Shown: positions 46,751 to 54,893 of the stretch, in pieces
Layout of the letters: each line of letters begins with the position of its first letter
Position numbering within the stretch: the stretch's first letter is position 1
Virus record (IMG/VR): IMGVR_UViG_3300022665_000963
Location: 1 to 56,327 of that record
Direction: 5' to 3' (one strand)
Length of the DNA stretch: 56,327 nucleotides
Origin: a virus
Lineage: Duplodnaviria > Caudoviricetes
Translations under genes and position numbers: made by a program
The notes under the pieces: model-generated
The model's input: only the letters and a program-made list of their open reading frames with translations
What the model was told of the DNA's origin: nothing
The model's database searches: none

Positions 46751-49117
46751 TTATTTCTTGTATCTAATGAGGCGCTCCGCCTCGGCCGTTATGGGACAGC
46801 CCTGAACCGAGGGTGGTATGGAGGACATGAGGTCCTCGAAGTCCACTACTGAGCCCTCTCCTAAATCTACTTCACAGACAAGTTCATCATGTACACTAAA
46901 TACCATATCATATATCTCGCCCTCGTATGCCAGCAGCATCGCGTTCGCCATTATGTCCCTGGCCACGGCCTGGGTGATATTCTCCACGATCTTTCCGCCG
47001 TAGGTGTGGGTCCGTTCCCACTTCCTCGTCACTCCGTTCACGCTCATGTATCGCAGTCCGGGCCGGCTCTCACCCCAGCTCGTCCGGACCATCTTGATCT
47101 CAGGGTCTCGATAGAGGATTGACCTGCCGGACGGGAGTTCACAGTGTAGGAAGCCCCCCTTGACGTACCACGTCACCCTGCCACACTTTATCCTTGGGCC
47201 CTCTATCCTGTCCCGCCACTGGACCGTCTCATGCTCTCTTATGACGTCAAAGGGGATATCGTTATAGTCCACAGCATCAGAGGCCTTCTTCCGAAGATGA
47301 GTTACCTCTTTCTCCCAGCCCTGTACGGCCAGTATGGCACAGGCCTCCTGGTCCTTCCACATGGCCTTGACCTCGGAGTACCGTGCGCGGTAGATATCCA
47401 CTGTGTACTTCATGAGGGCCAGTTCGTGGGTGATCTTCTTGGGGTCCTCGCGCTCGTCCACCAGCCGTCGTCGGGCCTTGGCGGCCTGCCTCTTCTTATT
47501 GGCATACCTCTTGGCCTGCACTGGATCCATGTTAAGGGGCGGACCGTCCAGGCAGAGGTAGCTCCGCACCCAGCCCTCGTACTTCTCGAGCCCGTCTCGA
47601 CCCATTATACGTAGCGTGTCGGCCCGCGAGAAGTGTATATCGTACTTCCGACAAGTAATTAGGAAGGTCAGGAACCCCATACCGTATCCCAGACCCAGGA
47701 TTGACTGCTTGCCGAACTGTCTCTCTAGGGGATGAGTCTTCTTCTTCACCTCATATCCATAAATGCCAGTGGCCATGTCACAGTAGATATCGGCACCCCG
47801 CCGGAATACCTCCAGGGCGTCTTCTGCCCCGGCCAGCCACAGCACGCAACGGGCCTCGATGGCCGAATAGTCTGCGACCATGAACTCCCTGCCCTTCTCG
47901 GGCACGATGGCACCCCGCAGGGCATGGCTGAGGAGCTTCAGCACGTCCCCGTACATTGCCACGCACCAGTCAAGGTTGCCCGACTTTATGTCATCAGCGG
48001 CCTCCTCGAAGTCCTTGACTATCAGGTCTCGTGCTGGAAAATTGTGGATCTGCACCCCCTTGCCTGACCAGCGCCCGGTGCCAGCCCCGCAGTACATCAG
48101 GAGGTCCCTCACGCGCCAGTCCTCGGGGTCTGCCTTGTCTATCATGGTCTGGTACTTACGCGTAGACGTGCGGTTCACGTCGCGTATTATCTCACAGATT
48201 CGTCTGGCCCTGCCGCTTATCGGCTCGTTTTCTATGTACCATTCCAGGGTGGTCGCTGCGGTGTCCGGAAGCACTAAATTCTCATGCTTTTCGAGCCAGG
48301 TCCGGCAGGCCTGTCGCTTGGAGCCCGCGCTTATCCCGGTCATGGTCTCGAGCTCGCCATTGAGCCTCTTGCGCCAGTGTCCGGCCATCTTCAGCGCGGC
48401 CCTGGCCATGTCCAGGTCGAAGCGGGCCCCCCTCTCGTTTATGGCCTGGTCCATCTGCCATATAGCCATCTCGTACTCGCTGAGGTCGGGGACGGCCTCG
48501 CTGAGACAGTGCTCGGTCAGGACGTCGACGTCACAGTAGTCCCACAGGCGGTAGATATCGTTCTCCTCCTCGTGCCACAGTACTGGTATTTGGGCCTTCG
48601 CCTCGGTGAACTTGCCCTCGAATCCCGTCTCCTCTATCCAGGTTAGGGTCTCTGCCTTACGCGGTTTACGCGGTTTGCACATCTTGAGCATGAGCTTCCT
48701 GCCCTCCATGTCCTTCTCCACGGGAAGGCCCATGGCCCTGGCGGCCCCCGCGAGGTCCCGGGGCAGCGAGGCGGCACAGGCCTTGGCGGCGGAGCACCTC
48801 CACTGCAGGTGGGGCATCTCGGGCCAGCCGTGCCTCTTCACCATGACGTGCATCCAGATGACCCGCTCGAAGAAGGCGTTGTGGGCCTCCACCAGACCGC
48901 CGGAGGCTATGTGTTCGAACAGGTCCAGAGGTGGGGGACTCTCTGCTATGAGATGCTGGGGATGTGCCATGTGCCACCGACCCACCCTGTCACTGCCGGG
49001 CAGTTTGTAGGAGAGGCACATCACCCGAGTTGTCGGGTGCTTGGCATACATCCAGGATCCATGTTTCTTCAGGTCACAGACGCTACGGGTCTCAAAGTCG
49101 ATGGTGGCGGGTTTCAA
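46751..49117 (-). CDS. polA: DNA polymerase family A with a 3'-5' exonuclease domain
   Basis: DFET, HNAFFE and YCDVDV exonuclease motifs; TGRWSG, DYSAIEAR, RQFGK...GYG and VHDE polymerase motifs. Confidence 0.95.
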   Translation of the reverse strand: MKPATIDFETRSVCDLKKHGSWMYAKHPTTRVMCLSYKLPGSDRVGRWHMAHPQHLIAESPPPLDLFEHIASGGLVEAHNAFFERVIWMHVMVKRHGWPEMPHLQWRCSAAKACAASLPRDLAGAARAMGLPVEKDMEGRKLMLKMCKPRKPRKAETLTWIEETGFEGKFTEAKAQIPVLWHEEENDIYRLWDYCDVDVLTEHCLSEAVPDLSEYEMAIWQMDQAINERGARFDLDMARAALKMAGHWRKRLNGELETMTGISAGSKRQACRTWLEKHENLVLPDTAATTLEWYIENEPISGRARRICEIIRDVNRTSTRKYQTMIDKADPEDWRVRDLLMYCGAGTGRWSGKGVQIHNFPARDLIVKDFEEAADDIKSGNLDWCVAMYGDVLKLLSHALRGAIVPEKGREFMVADYSAIEARCVLWLAGAEDALEVFRRGADIYCDMATGIYGYEVKKKTHPLERQFGKQSILGLGYGMGFLTFLITCRKYDIHFSRADTLRIMGRDGLEKYEGWVRSYLCLDGPPLNMDPVQAKRYANKKRQAAKARRRLVDEREDPKKITHELALMKYTVDIYRARYSEVKAMWKDQEACAILAVQGWEKEVTHLRKKASDAVDYNDIPFDVIREHETVQWRDRIEGPRIKCGRVTWYVKGGFLHCELPSGRSILYRDPEIKMVRTSWGESRPGLRYMSVNGVTRKWERTHTYGGKIVENITQAVARDIMANAMLLAYEGEIYDMVFSVHDELVCEVDLGEGSVVDFEDLMSSIPPSVQGCPITAEAERLIRYKK

Positions 49118-49326
49118 AGGTTACAGTCCCCACAGTTGCCATCGTCATCTACCTCGTGAGCCTTCACCCACCAGTCACAGCACGGGCATCTGAGTATTAG
49201 CTCGTCGAGGTGCTCGCACAAGTCCGGGTCCCTGGCCACGTCGTCTGGCATGGGATAACAGGTCCCCAGTAAGCTATCGGCCAGGGCCTGGGCCTGTTCT
49301 TCCTTATCTTCGGTCGTGAGTCCCAT
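49114..49326 (-). CDS. small zinc-ribbon protein
   Basis: CPCC...CGDC. Confidence 0.6.
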   Translation of the reverse strand: MGLTTEDKEEQAQALADSLLGTCYPMPDDVARDPDLCEHLDELILRCPCCDWWVKAHEVDDDGNCGDCNL

Positions 49327-49327
49327 C

Positions 49328-49657
49328 TCAGACAGACTCCCCGTTAATTATCAATTTGTACCCCACTCCGTATTGTGATACAATTTGAAGGCCTTCAGGT
49401 AGCCGACTTCTAATTCGATAGATCGTTACCCTGATGGTCCCCTCCTGACAGTCCCCCCAGTCATCAGGGTCCTGGTCGTTGTACACCACTTCCAATAAGT
49501 CTCCCAGGGAGATGAACCGCCCTCGATGGGCGTTCAAGGCGAACATTATGCTCATACTAGTATTTAAAATGGCAGGTACCTTCACACAGATCTTATGAAT
49601 CGTATCGTTGAACTTAAATTGACCCTTGAGGTAGTCACTCCAATTCATTCTAAACAT
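49328..49657 (-). CDS. stand-alone OmpR/PhoB-type winged-helix protein
   Basis: LLEVVY...TIRVTIYRIRSRL...IVSQYGVGYKL; no receiver domain. Confidence 0.75.
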   Translation of the reverse strand: MFRMNWSDYLKGQFKFNDTIHKICVKVPAILNTSMSIMFALNAHRGRFISLGDLLEVVYNDQDPDDWGDCQEGTIRVTIYRIRSRLPEGLQIVSQYGVGYKLIINGESV

Positions 49658-49679
49658 AACTGTCTCCTAAATTAAAAGA

Positions 49680-49997
49680 CTATATTGTCCAGGTCGGTGG
49701 TAGGAGAGACCCCCTATTGTAGATAAGGATCCACATGATGGAGACAAGGACGGCGTATATCGTCTGGATCAGGTCATGACGTTTCCACTTCCAGGGTAGC
49801 AAGGATCCCCAGAATCCGAGTCTGCCGTACGTCATGACCTCCCGCATGAAGTAGCCAAAGGACCACGTCATTGCGGCTCCGGCTACACTGGAACCAATGT
49901 ACTCGTGCAGCTGGATGAAGGGCCACATACCCAGTAAAACTATGGCGGCATGATTCAGGTGGTAGTCCTGCAACCAGGTCTGTATTTTTTGCCACAT
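49680..49997 (-). CDS. membrane protein
   Basis: Several hydrophobic segments. Confidence 0.55.
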   Translation of the reverse strand: MWQKIQTWLQDYHLNHAAIVLLGMWPFIQLHEYIGSSVAGAAMTWSFGYFMREVMTYGRLGFWGSLLPWKWKRHDLIQTIYAVLVSIMWILIYNRGSLLPPTWTI

Positions 49998-50013
49998 ATT
50001 GCTATTTCCTTGT

Positions 50014-50292
50014 CTAAGCTAGGGGGTCATTCTTCACATGGCTCAAGGCCGTCTCGTAGAGATCGAGGAGGGCGTCTTCTTCCTGCAGATCGGTTCTGTC
50101 CTTCTTACGTCGCAGGATCAACTTACGCAGGGTCTTCTTGCACAGGCCGACGGCCTTGGCCTCTGCATATATATCCCTCTTGTCGTCGTTGAGGTCTGCT
50201 ATCTCCGCCTCGATCCGCTCGATGCGCACGACGTACGCACGAAGTTGGTCCGCCGTGCTACCCCCCAGGGCGTTGTGATAGTTATCAGTCAT
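50014..50292 (-). CDS. gapR: GapR-like nucleoid-associated protein (DUF2312/UPF0335)
   Basis: QLRAYVVRIERIE...DIYAEAKA.G...RK....EEDALLDLY. Confidence 0.88.
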   Translation of the reverse strand: MTDNYHNALGGSTADQLRAYVVRIERIEAEIADLNDDKRDIYAEAKAVGLCKKTLRKLILRRKKDRTDLQEEDALLDLYETALSHVKNDPLA

Positions 50293-50470
50293 GTCGTACT
50301 CCGCATCCCAGTGTCTTTTTAGAATGCCCTCAATATCATCGGATTGTTACAGCTGTTCCGTCTGTACGGCGGGCTTGCCTCCGGCGTTGCACCCGTGGGT
50401 GAGCCTCAACTGGATACCCTGCGTCTGCTTTCTCCAGCCCGATGATATTGAAGGCATTCTTGAAATAATT

Positions 50471-50860
50471 CTATACAGGTTGACCGGTCGACCAGGTCCA
50501 GGTGTAGCCGGGTGTATTATTCACGTCGACGGCGAGCCAGAAGTGCATCGTACCTACTTTCGGTACGTACGTCTCAAAGATGCGTTCCTTCAGTGTCACC
50601 CTGATGGTATTCAGTTCCGTGTGGACTCTGCTGTCGTAACATTCTACAGCGGAACTTCGCATGGCCGCGTAGTAACCGGTAATGCTCTTTTCCTTGACCA
50701 GTTTGGCCAACTGACGGGCAGCCGATTCCGTCAGACAGTAAGCCCTTACAGACACCTGGTCTCCCACCTGGTAGACCTTTGAAGCCTCCGTACCGGCGAA
50801 GGCCCTGGGGCTGAGGGTCATCAGGACCATCGAGACTATTACCAGTATTAATTTTCTCAT
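50471..50860 (-). CDS. exported hypothetical protein
   Basis: Signal peptide MRKLILVIVSMVLMTLSPRAFA. Confidence 0.65.
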   Translation of the reverse strand: MRKLILVIVSMVLMTLSPRAFAGTEASKVYQVGDQVSVRAYCLTESAARQLAKLVKEKSITGYYAAMRSSAVECYDSRVHTELNTIRVTLKERIFETYVPKVGTMHFWLAVDVNNTPGYTWTWSTGQPV

Positions 50861-51050
50861 GCTGGATTCCTTTCACTATTTTATAATATCATACTGTCTG
50901 ATCATCGTAAGAGGCTGTTATCCGCCCCATCCTTCTTTAAATATTCTCATGTGTAACGTTCCTTTCACTATCCTAGAGTGTCATACTGTCCGATTATCAT
51001 AAGGAAAAACCTGCCCTGAAGGATGCCCTCAATGTGAGATGATTGGGCAT

Positions 51051-51078
51051 AAAAAAGAGGGCACCCGGAGGCGCCCTC
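51051..51078 (-). terminator. intrinsic terminator after the SSB gene
   Basis: GAGGGC...GCCCTC stem followed by T6 on the minus strand. Confidence 0.75.
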
Positions 51079-51124
51079 AGGTTGGCAGGATACAGGGTGA
51101 GTGTATCCGACATATCCCTTATCT

Positions 51125-51706
51125 TCAGTCCAGGAAGTCGTCGTCCTGGTCGAGCCACGCGCTGTCGATATCGTCGTCGAAGTCCTTGGCAGCATCCGTC
51201 CGGCTGTCGAGCCTTCCTCCGTCCTTGATCTTCTGGACGTTCATGAGTCCGAGCGCGACGCCCTTGCCCTTGTTATCGTAGGAGTACACGGTGACGGTGG
51301 CCCGGCAGTAACAGCCTGGATAGATCTCGTCCGTGTTGCCCTCCTCGGCGCTGAGGATGTTCTTCTGGGCGTCGATCACCCCGGGACGCATCTTGGTCGT
51401 AATGTTGGCAAACTTGGTGCCCTCACCGTAGCCCTCGAGGTCCGCCTTCTCCGCACCGTCGCGGATGCCTATCTTGTAGTTGGCAGGCAGGTCCTTCATG
51501 GACTTCTTGAAGCGGCTCCTGCACTCCGCATCCATGGCCCCGAGCATCGCCTTCCAGCGTTTCTTATCGCTGTCTGAGAACTTCGATGGAGTCCACACAG
51601 CCGACAGTCCGAACTTGGGCGGACCTCCGTCATAGCTTTCTGCCTCGAATAATGATGGGAATGATACCCTGAAAGGGGGGGTTACGTATCTTTGAATTTC
51701 AGCCAT
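51125..51706 (-). CDS. ssDNA-binding protein (DUF2815, T7 gp2.5-like)
   Basis: RVSFPSLF, IRDG, IYPGCY, GVALGLMNVQKIKDG; acidic tail. Confidence 0.9.
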   Translation of the reverse strand: MAEIQRYVTPPFRVSFPSLFEAESYDGGPPKFGLSAVWTPSKFSDSDKKRWKAMLGAMDAECRSRFKKSMKDLPANYKIGIRDGAEKADLEGYGEGTKFANITTKMRPGVIDAQKNILSAEEGNTDEIYPGCYCRATVTVYSYDNKGKGVALGLMNVQKIKDGGRLDSRTDAAKDFDDDIDSAWLDQDDDFLD

Positions 51707-51793
51707 TGTCTATCTCCTATATCTATAAGGCTGTTAGTGATTAGTTAGTCTGTCGCATCGTGACTCGCATGTTAGCCGTCATGTATACTTCCA

Positions 51794-52168
51794 TCATTTT
51801 CCTAAAATTTTCCTTAGAATTTCACACCAGTTATCTATTGTACTCTGATTGATATCCAGTCTTCTGAGCTTATGTATTGCAGCCATCCTACTGATCTTTA
51901 TCTCTATCCACTGATGGCCAAAGCCCTCATATCGAATGATCTCCGAGTTCAGGGCCCAGATCAGGATGCCCGACAGCTCGACGCACCGTCTGCCCACGGC
52001 TGTCTCCACGAAATGCAGGTCCCCGATGAAGCCCTCGAAGATGTCCTCCGCCAGTGAGGCCTCGAGCACCCGGTCCAGTACTCCTCCCGTGACTGGTATG
52101 CTATCACTATCCAGTACCAATCTCAGGGTCGAGAAGAGGACCTGTGCTGCCCTGTGTTGGTTCATCAT
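51794..52168 (-). CDS. hypothetical protein
   Basis: 124-aa ORF overlapping the exonuclease stop. Confidence 0.55.
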   Translation of the reverse strand: MMNQHRAAQVLFSTLRLVLDSDSIPVTGGVLDRVLEASLAEDIFEGFIGDLHFVETAVGRRCVELSGILIWALNSEIIRYEGFGHQWIEIKISRMAAIHKLRRLDINQSTIDNWCEILRKILGK

Positions 52169-52713
52169 TTTCCCAGCATACCCATGGCGATCTGTACCTG
52201 CTGGGCCTGTCCCACCGCGTCGTCCAGGGCGTCGTGCGGGATCATACCTGTCCAGTCGATCTCGGGTTTCCCGCCAACCAGGTCGAACAGGGTCCTAGCG
52301 TCCCTCGTCTTCCGGCGGTCCCAGGGCACGTCGGCCCCCAGCCTCGCGAAGGCCGACTTGATTATCGGTAGGTCGAAGTCTGAGGGCATCGCCCACACGC
52401 CCCCTATAGCCTCCCAGTTCAACTGATGGGCGAGGAAGGGCCAGGAGACGAAGTCCCTGAGAACCTCTGCCAGTGGGTCCGCTTTCTCAGACAGTTCTTT
52501 GCCCATCTTACCTGCAGACTTTTCGGTCAACCAGAAGCATAACGTGCTATGGTCGATCACGCCCGAACCGTCCTGGACCAGGATATGGCGGTTAAAACCC
52601 TTGCCGTTCAGTATCTTACCGCCACTCACGGGTTCGAACAGCACGGCTCCCAGCTGTATCATGCAGGCATCCGGGCGGGTGCTGAGGGTCTCAATGTCGA
52701 TCATTACGTGCAT
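52165..52713 (-). CDS. DEDDh 3'-5' exonuclease
   Basis: MIDIETL, FD, RDART and HDALDDA motifs. Confidence 0.88.
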   Translation of the reverse strand: MHVMIDIETLSTRPDACMIQLGAVLFEPVSGGKILNGKGFNRHILVQDGSGVIDHSTLCFWLTEKSAGKMGKELSEKADPLAEVLRDFVSWPFLAHQLNWEAIGGVWAMPSDFDLPIIKSAFARLGADVPWDRRKTRDARTLFDLVGGKPEIDWTGMIPHDALDDAVGQAQQVQIAMGMLGK

Positions 52714-52731
52714 CTAAAATATCCTTTAATT

Positions 52732-53106
52732 TCATAGGTCATCAGGAAAGTCGTCCTGGGCCGACGTGGACCCGATGTACTCGTCACATATCCTGATCAC
52801 CCTCTCGAGCATGTAGCTGTCCGTCATCCGGCCCATGTGTGCCTCGTATTTGGACAATTTCAGCCGCCTCGCTAACCAGCAGTAAGCCTCGCTCCGGTGC
52901 ATGAAACCATTTTTCCACAGTCGATCGAAGGACAGGTGGGCCCGCTGCCTCAGTAGGCGTATCTTCTTGCCGGCCGGTATGACCCTGACCGGCTTGCGAT
53001 ATACAGTAGCGCACCGTTTCTTCTTCTTCCTCCGGCCGCCCCCGCCCCAGAAGCCGTAGCCCTCGTTTATAATCCGGTCGACCGCGTAATCTGCATACTC
53101 TCCCAT
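52732..53106 (-). CDS. DUF3268-like protein (C-terminal domain)
   Basis: AHLSFDRLWK...RSEAYCWLA..L.....AHMG. Confidence 0.65.
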   Translation of the reverse strand: MGEYADYAVDRIINEGYGFWGGGGRRKKKKRCATVYRKPVRVIPAGKKIRLLRQRAHLSFDRLWKNGFMHRSEAYCWLARRLKLSKYEAHMGRMTDSYMLERVIRICDEYIGSTSAQDDFPDDL

Positions 53107-53107
53107 G

Positions 53108-53674
53108 TCAGTTCTCCATGACATCCCGGACGATCGCCCACATGTCATCGTCGGTCATCTGGAACCGGTCGAAGTCCACGTCTGGTTCCACTCCCTTCAG
53201 GCACAGCGACTTGGCACCGTTGCTTCCTTCATGGGTCTTAGTCATGAGCGTGGCCACCTTTCCGTCTCGGCCCGGCACGGTCGCGTGGAACGCTTGATCC
53301 AGCATGTGGTACGTCTCGCCGGCTTCCACCAGCTGACGGCTCACCTGGCCGACCCAGACCTCTGCCCTCGGTATCCACGGCCGGTTGCCGAACTCGCTCC
53401 GCTCACCCTCGTGCACGTATGCGACGTGAGTATTGGGACCGGGATCATCCCCGAATTCATACACCGCATAGACGTCATTTATCTGCATGCCCTTGAGCAC
53501 GGTGCTGCTGAAGCCGAAGCGGTGACTGTGTATGTCCGAGTGCAGGAAGCACTTCCTGCGGGGCAAGTCTGGGTGCCACACGTGCAGCCTCTGTTTGGCC
53601 CCCAGCTTCACCTGGAGGAAGCCGAGACCGTGCAGACTGATGGTCCTCTCGGTCTCCTTGAATACCTTAGTCAT
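53108..53674 (-). CDS. cupin-fold protein, paralogue A
   Basis: IHSHRFGFSSTVLKG...GETY......FH. Confidence 0.7.
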   Translation of the reverse strand: MTKVFKETERTISLHGLGFLQVKLGAKQRLHVWHPDLPRRKCFLHSDIHSHRFGFSSTVLKGMQINDVYAVYEFGDDPGPNTHVAYVHEGERSEFGNRPWIPRAEVWVGQVSRQLVEAGETYHMLDQAFHATVPGRDGKVATLMTKTHEGSNGAKSLCLKGVEPDVDFDRFQMTDDDMWAIVRDVMEN

Positions 53675-53856
53675 TGTGTTCTCCTTAAGGATCTATAAAT
53701 GGTTGAATTTGATACTGTATACCATTCCTTGATTACTTCTACCCGAGAGCCCCCGTCATATTCCTCACGGATCTCTAGGTCATGCTTGTTAGTCAGATAG
53801 TTACCGTTCCTAAAGTTTCCCGTTGCGGTCCTGTAGTTACTATTAATAAGCGTCAT
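53671..53856 (-). CDS. small hypothetical protein
   Basis: Fills the gap between the cupin paralogues with overlapping start and stop. Confidence 0.45.
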   Translation of the reverse strand: MTLINSNYRTATGNFRNGNYLTNKHDLEIREEYDGGSRVEVIKEWYTVSNSTIYRSLRRTQ

Positions 53857-54358
53857 GCTCACAGTCCCCCAGTACCTCACACACTATCGCCCACATGGTT
53901 CCCTTATTCATCTGATGCGAATCAAAGTCCTCCTCATATGGGGCCATCCCCACGGAACCCATCAGCCTCATCGCGTCGTGGCCCTTCGTCACCTTCGTCA
54001 CGAGGGCTGCTACGCGTCCGTCCCCGCAGGCCGTGGTCGAGTGGAACACCCGGGCCTTGAGCTGGTACGTCATGCCCGCGCCGATCGTCTGATGGCTGAC
54101 GTGGTTGAGCCAGAAATCTGACCTAGTATCCTTGATGGAGTTGTTTACCACGAAAACATCCTGTATCTGTACGCCCCGGAGTACCTGACTCTTGAAGCCA
54201 TAGGCATTATCGTGTATCTGGGATTCGCAGTAGCCTTTCGCTCTCGGTAGGTCCGGATGCCAAACGCACAGTTTTTGGTCACCGTCCAGCCTCACCTCGA
54301 TGAAACCAAGACGGTGCAGACTGATATCACCTTCGATGTTCTGGTTAAGTAGTGTCAT
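53843..54358 (-). CDS. cupin-fold protein, paralogue B
   Basis: IHDNAYGFKSQVLRG...GMTY......FH; clear similarity to 53108..53674. Confidence 0.7.
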   Translation of the reverse strand: MTLLNQNIEGDISLHRLGFIEVRLDGDQKLCVWHPDLPRAKGYCESQIHDNAYGFKSQVLRGVQIQDVFVVNNSIKDTRSDFWLNHVSHQTIGAGMTYQLKARVFHSTTACGDGRVAALVTKVTKGHDAMRLMGSVGMAPYEEDFDSHQMNKGTMWAIVCEVLGDCEHDAY

Positions 54359-54554
54359 GTGTCATATCCGCCCATGGCACTATTTCCCAGTCTACCTTTG
54401 GAAAGTTAGTCCATTTATGTGTTAATTCCTTACCTAGATATAAGGAATTAAACTGGGCTTTTATGAGGGTAGGATCTGGATGCTCCATGAGTAAAGCTTT
54501 CTCATGTCGTAGATGTTCGTATGGCCCCCGATAAACTCCTCTTTTCATCGTCAT
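54345..54554 (-). CDS. small hypothetical protein
   Basis: 69-aa ORF downstream of a motif-bearing intergenic region. Confidence 0.5.
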   Translation of the reverse strand: MTMKRGVYRGPYEHLRHEKALLMEHPDPTLIKAQFNSLYLGKELTHKWTNFPKVDWEIVPWADMTHDTT

Positions 54555-54622
54555 ATCATTACTTCTTGTTGATTAAATTCATATCAAGTATAACGTCCCA
54601 TCCCGAGATTTATCCCATCAAG

Positions 54623-54886
54623 TCATTCATTCTTTGGGATGTAAGTTAATCCATGATGTTTTGCAACCTTTTCAGGAGTCATACCCTTCTTACCACGTGT
54701 CGTGTACGACCTGACTAACTGCGTTACCATTGCTTTTTCAACCGTCGCGACCAACTTAGAAGTTTCTTCTCTTATGTCATCCAGTTCATCAACTTCAGCC
54801 TTCATGGATATGAAATGCTCTGTGCCCTCATAGTTACTTGTATTGACCCGCACAGAACGTGATACACATATCTCTTTTATGAACAT
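54623..54886 (-). CDS. hypothetical protein
   Basis: 87-aa AT-rich ORF. Confidence 0.55.
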   Translation of the reverse strand: MFIKEICVSRSVRVNTSNYEGTEHFISMKAEVDELDDIREETSKLVATVEKAMVTQLVRSYTTRGKKGMTPEKVAKHHGLTYIPKNE

Positions 54887-54893
54887 GATATAA

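Noticed and set aside
54422-54451. 11-bp inverted repeat TTAATTCCTTA/TAAGGAATTAA
   Set aside because: Lies inside a small ORF, is AT-rich and occurs once; no supporting context.
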